Part shown: one piece after another, positions 27,710 to 36,592 of the stretch
Position numbering within the stretch: position 1 is the first letter of the stretch
How the letters are laid out: each line of letters starts with the position of its first letter
Notes under the pieces: generated by a model
Told to the model about the DNA's origin: nothing
The model's database searches: none
The model's input: the letters and a program-made list of their open reading frames with translations, nothing else
Translations under genes and position numbers: made by a program
Origin: Eledone cirrhosa
Lineage: Eukaryota
Assembly (NCBI GenBank): GCA_964016885.1
Contig: OZ024742.1
Location: 131,750,001 to 131,814,000, forward strand
Length of the DNA stretch: 64,000 nt
Direction: 5' to 3'

Positions 27710-27805
27710 ATTTTCAGCAAACAGGGGGAGATAAAGCTGACAGAGCTATGTTTCGTACTGATTGGTACTTATCAAAGCCAAGTACTCCACCTGTTTGCTG
27801 AAAAT
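27710..27805 (-). ncRNA. Type I hammerhead ribozyme (U3:A8 core variant), inverted copy
   Basis: Reverse complement of the motif at 28235-28330. The distal stem I (ATTTTCAGCAAACAGG/CCTGTTTGCTGAAAAT) is perfectly paired. Confidence 0.8.
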
Positions 27806-28234
27806 CATGAATGTTTGATTCTTATAGAATTTCTATTAATAATCAGGAACTGATTATACAGAGAGGTTGCCGGTCAAGCAGAAATTGAAAATTAGAATTG
27901 GTGCTCTGAAATAGCGATATATATGTGAATGTATATATATATGTTTGATAAGTACCGATCAGTACGAAACGTAGCTCTGTCAGCTTTATCTCCCCTGTTT
28001 GTTAAAATTTAAAGTAAGGGAGACGGTCACTACTCTAAAACAATAGGATAAGGTCTTCGAATTGATTTTAATTAAGCATACAGTGTATTGCAAAATACAC
28101 TATATATACATTCATATATATATAGCTATTTCAGAGCGCCAATTCTAATTTCTAATTTCTGCTTGACCGGCAACCGCTCTGTATAATCAGTTCCTGATTA
28201 TTACTAGAAATTCTATAAGAATCAAACATTCATG

Positions 28235-28330
28235 ATTTTCAGCAAACAGGTGGAGTACTTGGCTTTGATAAGTACCAATCAGTACGAAACATAGCTCTGT
28301 CAGCTTTATCTCCCCCTGTTTGCTGAGAAT
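28235..28330 (+). ncRNA. Type I hammerhead ribozyme (U3:A8 core variant), predicted cleavage after C28301
   Basis: GGCT-TTGATAA-GTAC(caatca)GTAC-GAAAC-atagctct-GTC-AGCT. Stem I extends through an internal loop into ATTTTCAGCAAACAGGTGGAG/CTCCCCCTGTTTGCTGAGAAT. Confidence 0.82.
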
Positions 28331-28556
28331 TTAAAGTAAGTGAGACTGTCACTACTCTAAAACAATAGCATAAGGTTTTCGAATTGCTTTTAATTAAGCA
28401 TACAGTGTATTGAAAAATACACTATATATACATTCATATATATATAGCTATTTCAGAGCGCTAATTCTAATTTTCAATTTCTGCTTGACCGGCAACCGCT
28501 CTGTATAATCAGTTCCTGATTATTACTAGAAATTCTATAAGAATCAAACATTCATG

Positions 28557-28652
28557 ATTTTCAGCAAATAGGTGGAGTACTTGGCTTTGATAAGTACCAA
28601 TCAGTACGAAACATAGCTCTGTCAGCTTTATCTCCCCCTGTTTGCTGAAGAT
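28557..28652 (+). ncRNA. Type I hammerhead ribozyme (U3:A8), predicted cleavage after C28623
   Basis: Identical core 322 bp downstream of the previous copy. Confidence 0.82.
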
Positions 28653-28878
28653 TTAAAGTAAGTGAGACTGTCACTACTCTAAAACAATAGCATAAGGTTT
28701 TCGAATTGCTTTTAATTAAGCATACAGTGTATTGAAAAATACACTATATATACATTCATATATATATAGCTATTTCAGAGCGCCAATTCTAATTTTCAAT
28801 TTCTGCTTGACCGGCAACCGCTCTGTATAATCAGTTCCTGATTATTACTAGAAATTCTATAAGAATCAAACATTCATG

Positions 28879-28974
28879 ATTTTCAGCAAATAGGTGGAGT
28901 ACTTGGCTTTGATAAGTACCAATCAGTACGAAACATAGCTCTGTCAGCTTTATCTCCCCCTGTTTGCTGAAGAT
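28879..28974 (+). ncRNA. Type I hammerhead ribozyme (U3:A8), predicted cleavage after C28945
   Basis: Identical core a further 322 bp downstream. Confidence 0.82.
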
Positions 28975-29076
28975 TTAAAGTAAGTGAGACTGTCACTACT
29001 CTAAAACAATAGCATAAGATCTTCGAAATGCTTTTAATTAAGCATACAGTGTATTGCAAAATACACTATATATACA

Positions 29077-29129
<53 letters not shown>

Positions 29130-29154
29130 AATATATATATATATACATATACAT

Positions 29155-30654
29155 ATTGTTATACATGGGGAGGGTCATATTTGTGTAATATTGTAATATT
29201 GCCAGAATTAATAACAGACCACACTCACTGTTTGGTTGGTTTTCGCTTTTCGCAGCTTTGTCTTTGATATCGGTTAATTTAATTTATTCGGTCCTCAAAA
29301 TGAGGGAGCAGCCATTGGCGTCAGCATAGCTGGTGACGTTGCCAAACTTTTTATGGTATGGTGGGAAAGGAGACTCAAAGATCTCCTTGATGAAAGCTCC
29401 ATAGACCTCATCATGTACTCTCGTTACGTAGACGATCAATATAGTAATAAGAACATCCCCACAAGAGAGCACTAACAAGTTTGATTTAGAACGTAGCCCA
29501 ATGGAAAGCATCCAGCAGATAGCTAATTCCATACACCAATGTATAACTGTAACTATCGACTTCCCTTCCAAACACCCTAACAATAGACTACTTGTATTAG
29601 ACACGGAACTCTGGATTGACACTATAGACGAGAGAGCCCACATTTTCCATTCACACTATGCTAAACCCATGGCCTCCAAATACCTGATACTCAAAAACTC
29701 AGCAATGTCCAGTAGTGCTAAGTTTAATATTCTAATCGCAGACTTGGTACGAGTGATGAAGAACGTGTCCCGCATGTGCGACCCAACAGAAATGGAAAGA
29801 CACATCCAACACTTCATCAACCGCATGCAGTTCTCTGGCTACAACCAAAGAGACAGAATCAGAGTATATGAAGGAGCCACGGAGAAGTATAAGACCCTCA
29901 TAGAACTGGCCATGAAAGCAATTTGTCCATTATACAGGAGCAAATCATGACATACCTTAGATTAGGCTAGACATAAGATAGGGAAAGCCACCTCATGGTA
30001 CGACAACCAGAGATACCAGAGTGTTATGTTTGTGGACGCTACCCCTGGAGGGAAACTAGCTAAACAGTGTAGAAAGGCTCTGAGAAAGACCCACTTAAAG
30101 ATTAAGGTGGTAAAAAGCCAGGAACCACCATCAAATCCCTGATCAGCAAAACCTACCCTTTTAAGAAAACCCACTGTACTAATAGGAAATGTATCATATG
30201 TAAAGTAAACCCCCGGATAAACTGTAAAACTAGAAACGTAGTCTATAGCATAAGATGTACAGAGGGAACTTGCAGAAACATGACAACAACATACATAGGC
30301 GAGACAGCTCGTAGCATAGGTGAAAGGATAGACCAACACTGTGGGGGGGGGGGACTAAAAGGACGAAAAAACGGTTCAGTAATATACGAACATGCCAGAC
30401 AACAACACGACGGTAACATAGACAATATAGAAATTAGAATATCTCAACATAGAAATGACCCAGCAGATAGGCAAATCAGAAATCAGAGAGTCCAGTGAAA
30501 TGGAACTTAGAAGGCCAAGGCTAAACAGAAAAAATGAATGGAATAACAACAACACCCAAACAAACAACACTGATTTAAGAGAAGTATAAATAAATAAATA
30601 AATAAATAGATAAATAAATAAATAAATAAATAGATAAATAAATAAATAAATAGA

Positions 30655-30685
<31 letters not shown>

Positions 30686-31210
30686 ATACATACACACGCA
30701 CAATAACAACAAACACATATAAACACACACTAGTAAAGATAGAATACATTAACCAATACACAGTCACCCAATCACGAACACCCATCAAACAAAACACTAT
30801 ACACACACGGAAACGCATGCGCAAAGAAGACAAACAAAATGAAACAAACAAATAAATATATAAACAGACTAAATAAAGATGGCGTAGAAAATGCAATGCA
30901 ACGGGAGGAAACAATAGCACCACTGACGATGTTGCAAATGTACAATGAAAGAACTTTGATAGACTATATATATGTGTTTGTGTCTATATTGTATCTGTAT
31001 TTTTGACCGTTGGTCAGTCAATGGCAACATTGAGGACCGAATAAATTAAATTAACCGATATGAAAGACACAAGCGAAAAGCGAAAACCAACCAAACAGTG
31101 AGTGTGTTCTGTTATTAATTCTGGCAATATTACACAAATATGACCCTCCCCAAGTATAACAATATTTGTTTCGACACACGATTTCATATCAAAAACCTCG
31201 CAAAACTAAT
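29155..31210 (+). mobile_element. 5'-truncated Penelope-like element with inverted partial pLTR at its 5' end
   Basis: 29155-29298 is the reverse complement of ~31030-31163. The interior encodes broken RT and GIY-YIG domains. Confidence 0.88.
29300..30560 (+). pseudogene. Penelope RT + Zn-knuckle linker + GIY-YIG (stops and frameshifts)
   Basis: GAAIGVSIAGDVAKLFMVWW, YSRYVDD, LVLDTELW, HYAKPMAS, PLYRS, FVDATPGG, CTNRKCIIC..NCKTRNVVYSIRC, YIGETARSIGERIDQH. Confidence 0.88.
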
Positions 31211-31218
31211 ACATATAC

Positions 31219-31249
<31 letters not shown>

Positions 31250-31295
31250 CACGTATAATACCTTTAGAAGTATGTGTGTGTGTGTGTATATATAT

Positions 31296-31475
31296 AGGAA
31301 AAGAGTCCGGACCCCGACGGCTGAGCGCGGTCCGTTTTGACAGATAGATCTACATGTCGAAACGGCTGGAGCTCAGCCGTCGGGGTCCTGATTCTTTTCC
31401 TATTACCCACTCTAGTACCCTAAGTATCGAGTACTCTGGTGCGTTATGGCTCACCTGGTATCTTACCACACCTTT
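31296..31475 (+). mobile_element. Fold-back short element (family also at 20355-20415, 62300-62490, 62510-62790)
   Basis: 31296-31402 is an imperfect palindrome centred on TAGATCTA, followed by the shared tail TATTACCCA.TCTA.TA.CC.AAGTATCGA.TAC.CTGGTGCGTTATGG. Confidence 0.8.
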
Positions 31476-32047
31476 TTTGTTTCATATATATATATATATT
31501 GGTTGGTGACGCGCGTTTCGCCAGTGATCAGCTCATGGTTCGATCTGTATCGATCTGGCCCGACTCTGTAAACCACGACTCCTCAGACCCATTGTTAAAA
31601 TGAATATACATGCCGTATGATAAAGTCAGATGTTCCTCTGGTGGTCAGTAAAGTTTGTTTTCATTGGTGGATTAATTCATAGGGATGTTTTTGCCTGTAG
31701 TGTATGAGGGGTTGGGTGTGGTGATAAGTTGGTGGTGCCGATCGTAGGTTGAAGTGGGTGGCGGTGTGGGGGTGCTGGTTGTCTGTAGACAGTTTGGCAT
31801 GTAGATGTGGCTGATTTTCGTGCGTGGTGTGGATGTGGTGTTGCTGTTTATGATAAGGATGAAATGTTGCTGTGTTTATGGTGGGGTGATATTTGTGGAA
31901 GTGGGTTGTTAAGTGGGCTCAATCCATAAGGAGATACATATATACACACGTAGACTGACAAATACCTTATATACATACGCATGTGTATAGTCAGTGGGGT
32001 TGGCGGTTGTGCAAACATACTTACACACAGACACGCACACCCTTGAT

Positions 32048-32124
<77 letters not shown>

Positions 32125-32236
32125 ATAATAAATGTTCGGTAAACCCATACGTACGTACATATATATATGTGTGCATGTATGTATATATATACATAGTACT
32201 GTACGTCAGTATACATATATGTATGTACGTATACAT

Positions 32237-32532
32237 CTCTATCTATCTAAGGCGGGTAAAATTCCCGAGATCCATGGACAAGTTCTCTCCAGCGGTCTCT
32301 GTCCCTCATTATCGCTGCCATGTCCTGCATCTCCAACAGACCAGTGTCTGTCCTTAGGGCATCAACATACGTTAACCTTGGTCTTCCTCTACTAGTGTGT
32401 CCATGTAATTGCTGTAGTGGAGTCTGTGCTGCTGTATGGGTCTGAGACTTGGACACTGACCAAGAAACTCACTCAGATGGTGGATGGGTGCTACACGAGA
32501 ATGCTGAGGATGGCTCTGAACATTAATCAGTA
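32237..32532. mobile_element. Short RTE LINE 3' insertion with internal inversion and 11-bp TSD
   Basis: Minus part encodes RGRPRLTYVDAL...MRDRDRWR with a (TAGA)n tail. Plus part encodes ESVLLYGSETWTLTK...DGCYTRMLRMALNI. TSD TACGTATACAT at 32226 and 32533. Confidence 0.85.
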
Positions 32533-32653
32533 TACGTATACATACTTATATTTAAGTATCAGCCCGGCCGACTAACTCACTCGATATGCAAATTAGGGTG
32601 CTCAGCCGTTAATATGCATAAGGAAAGTATATACTTTCAAACGTTACAATCAT

Positions 32654-32722
32654 CTGACAGGAAGGTATACGATGCTGACGATAGCTAATAAGCTTGAAAC
32701 TAGTACATCGTTCCTTTGTCAG
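32654..32722 (+). ncRNA. Type I hammerhead ribozyme, canonical core, GUA triplet (cleavage after A32705)
   Basis: ACGATG-CTGACGA-tAGCT(aata)AGCTt-GAAAC-ta-GTA-CATCGT. Distal stem I is CTGACAG.AAGG/CCTTTGTCAG, and stem III is the palindrome ACTAGT. Confidence 0.78.
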
Positions 32723-32922
32723 TGTTGAACAAAAGGACAACGATGGTTGCCGAACACTGTACGGCGTAATTCGGGCTGTTTGTTTACAAACAAACCGAGC
32801 ACTATAATAAATGTTCGGTAAACCCATTCCTACATGTATATATATATATGTGTGCATGTTTGTATATATATACATACTACTGTACGTCATTATACATATA
32901 TTTATGTACGTATACATACTTA

Positions 32923-32996
<74 letters not shown>

Positions 32997-33426
32997 ATGT
33001 TGTTATTGTATCGAACTAGAAATCTGTCTCCATATTCATTTCCATGGGGATTTCAGCTGTAGAACTAACCATAATTTGTTTAGAGCTAACTACACCTTTG
33101 GTTAACTATCGTATTTTATGTCCTAGCGAAAATTCACAAACTCAAACTGAGAAATGCCGCTTGTAATACGTACGAGCGCACACACACACGCCCACACACA
33201 TGTGTATATATAGAGGGAGATGTGTGTGTGTGTGTATGTGTCTGTCTGTATCAGTGAGTGAGTGACCGTTTAATAGATTGTGGGTGTATGCAAGGGTGAT
33301 AACCCATAAATTCTAAACTGCGAATTATTCTTCAGAGAGCATGACATCGAAACTATTTCCTCTATGCGTATAGGTGAAGAAAGCAGAGAGAGAATGAGAG
33401 AGAGAGAAATAGAGAGCGGGAGAGAA

Positions 33427-33489
<63 letters not shown>

Positions 33490-33916
33490 ATTACTGTGAA
33501 CATGATATGTGTGGGCATTAACGAATAAAATGTTTAGATTCAATTGATGTCGTATTTAAACAGGTTCGTTGTCCACATTAAAGCAGCTTCAATGTTGATT
33601 TTACATAGGGCCTGTGGAATATCTCAAGCAAGACGTCAAATGGCAAATTTGGTAAAGTAAATGAATAGGGACATGAGCTGATTTATTCTAACATCTTCTA
33701 ATTAACACGCATTTCCATTCAACGACTATTGTCTCTGCCCCATCTGATCAATTAGCTAAACCTTTAAATGTATCCGACATACTAAAGGAAAGTGACCTCC
33801 AATCGCTAGAATCTAACACAAAAAAAGAAAAACAACAGATTATTGTACGTTATATCAAAGAAGTTTAATTAAAAATTAAGAACTTAAATTATACGTCTCT
33901 AAACAGCTAACATTAT

Positions 33917-34100
33917 GTGGATTGGCAGTATCGGTAGAGGGTCGGACGCCATGCTTTCCAGGATAGTTACGTCCCTTTACGATCTGAGTTCAAATCCCAC
34001 CGAGGTTGACTTTGCCATTCATCCTTACGGGGTCGATAAAATAAAGTACCAGTAATGCACTGGGTAATTAATGGCCTTGTGCCTAAAGTAGAAACAATTA
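33917..34100 (+). mobile_element. tRNA-derived SINE
   Basis: Full-length copy with A and B boxes. A 5'-truncated copy follows at ~34500-34640. Confidence 0.9.
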
Positions 34101-35087
34101 TGTATGGTAAATTGGTAACTGAGATATTAAACTAAGCATTCATTACCTTTATAGTCCCTTTGAACAAGGTGTGAGTAGCAACAACAATAAAAGAATCATT
34201 ATTGTTGAGATCAAACAAAACACGGGTGTTAATAATAGAAAGAGAATATTCATTGTTATAACATAGTCACACTTATAACAATCCCTTATAAAAATATTAG
34301 AAAAACGCTTTCTGATAGAATTATTATTTTTCTGATAGAATAATCATTTCAGCAATTATATGAGAATGTTGCCAATAATGAAGCCACAGAGGTTTGCAGA
34401 AGATCCTTCACTCTTTATAATCCTTAATTTCATGGAGTTGATAGGGTTTTTGTAAAGTACAGGGACTAACATGAACCCTTGTTGAGAATAAGGTCATTAT
34501 CGTTACGGCCCTTTATGGTCTGAGTTCAAATCTCGCCGATGTTATCTTTGCCTTTTATCCTTACGGGGTCGATAAAATAAAGCACCAGAAATACACTGGG
34601 ATAATTGCTGGCCTTGTGCCAAAAGTGGAAACAATTATTATGTTTACTGAAAGATGTGTATAAATTGGTTCTAAAAGTTTGAGTATAACCTAAGAACAAT
34701 CTGAATGTTAGAATGGTATTTTCCTTAATTTGTGTAATGCATGCACATTCACGATCTTAGGGTTAACTAATACATTATCCCTGTATACGCCCAAAATTAT
34801 AAATGGAGCTAATTTATTTACTGCATTTAATATGCATAATCCTATAATATCGCATATGTTCTGAATATGCATCCATACGTACATCAAATAACCGTCGGAT
34901 CAAAGCAAGGTTTAGGCGGGGAAACGTTCATGAGATTATAAAATTTAGCAAAATTTAATGATTTTTAATATCTCTATTGAGGTCGATTCCGAAACATCTA
35001 CAGTGGTAAACTGGATATTAAATATTCTATGAAATTAAATTATGACTGCATCATTATTATTCCACTTAGAGAGGTTAATATCTTTTT

Positions 35088-35492
35088 TAATAATTGTTTC
35101 TAGTTGTGGCACAAGGCCAGCAATTATTCCAGTGTATTACTGGTACATTATTTTATCGACCCCGTAAGGATGAAAGGCAAAGTTAACCTCGGCGGGATTT
35201 GAACTCAGGCCATAAAGGGCCGTAACTCTTTGCTGCAAAGCATGGCGTCCGACCCTCTACCGATACTGCTAATCCCCCGCCCTTTTGTCTTTTTTATGTC
35301 ATTTTTAATAATTGTTTCTACTTTAGGCACAAGACCAGCAATCACCAGTTCATTACTGGTACTTTATTTTATCGACCCCGTAAGGATGAAAGGCAAAGTC
35401 AACCTCGGCGGGATTTGAACTCAGATCGTAAAGGGACGTAACTATGCTGGAAAGCATGGCGTCCGACCCTCTACCGATACTGCCAATCCACG
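35088..35492 (-). mobile_element. Two tandem tRNA-derived SINEs
   Basis: Reverse-complement copies at ~35090-35281 and ~35308-35492. Confidence 0.9.
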
Positions 35493-36270
35493 GCCATATG
35501 TCATTTTTAATAATGTTATAATATTAGTTAGTATTATTTGTTAATTCGATCTAAAATTTAGCTGGGATCAACGTATACCTAATTTTAGAAACAATTTTAT
35601 TTTAATGGTCTTTAATGAGGAGAAAATATTTAGTATGAGGATGTCATTTTTGTCAAGCTTTGCTACGATATCCTAAATGTTTCTATTAACGTCATCATAG
35701 GCTATGGATTTATACAGATGTAAATTTTAAGCTATTATATGGAGCAGCTGTGTGTATATGTTATTGTGATGTATAGATAGAAATTATATTAACTGTGGGT
35801 CTCTATTAACTGTGGGTTTATAGAAAAGAAAAAAATTGTCAACAATGTATAAACCAGCACCATAAAATAAATAGCAACTGACTGCTTAAGAAAGTAATAG
35901 ACTTCTGTAAAATTGCATGATGAAACGCATACTTCTAGGATTCTATTACAGGAAGCCATTATTACATTGTTTGTGACTCGTCAGTCTGTGTCTTTCTCAT
36001 TTCTGTCTTAAATCTATACGTTGTCCAACCATATTTCACTAGTGCAGCGACATCTGATATCTAATGTTTCATAAACATAAAACCGATAAAAAAAAATAAA
36101 TGCACGAAATAACATTAAAAAGGAAATGAAGTATTAAATATATTTATAACAATGTGAAAAGTACGATCGAAGTTATTTTGCACACATTTTATTAAACAAC
36201 AATGTTAACAACGCAATTGACACAACAACAACAATACTACTACTAGTACTACTACTACCACTACTACTAA

Positions 36271-36352
<82 letters not shown>

Positions 36353-36592
36353 TTTTCTTTATTAACCACAATGGTTCACATAAAGTAGACATTAAGGACA
36401 GTACAGGACAATACAGGACGGTACAAATGGGCATTTCTGCGTGTAAAAAAACAGGTTGAAATAAAATAACAAAGAAAAATTCCCCAATAGGGGGGAGACT
36501 TCCAAGGGACATTTGTGGAGAAAGCCCATTAAAAGACCACAGTGGCCCTGACCACCAGGGCAAGTGCCCTCTCCCAGTTTTCCACCTTTAAT

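Larger units (their letters stand above)
27571..29078. mobile_element. Retrozyme-like / pLTR-derived 322-bp tandem array: one inverted unit (27571-27940, minus) plus ~3.5 direct units (27944-29078, plus)
   Basis: GGCTTTGATAAGTACC recurs at 28261, 28583 and 28905 (period 322). Units are nearly identical, non-coding and flanked on both sides by (TA)n. Confidence 0.9.
32124..32925 (+). mobile_element. ~372-bp hammerhead repeat, ~1.3 terminally redundant units, interrupted by an RTE insertion
   Basis: TATAATAAATGTTCGGTAAACCCAT occurs at 32124 and 32803. Removing the 307-bp insert gives a 372-bp period. The uninterrupted version is at 61740-61862. Confidence 0.8.

Noticed and set aside
27571-29078. 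Possible CRISPR array
   Set aside because: The whole 322-bp unit repeats with no unique spacers, there are no cas genes, and the context is eukaryotic.
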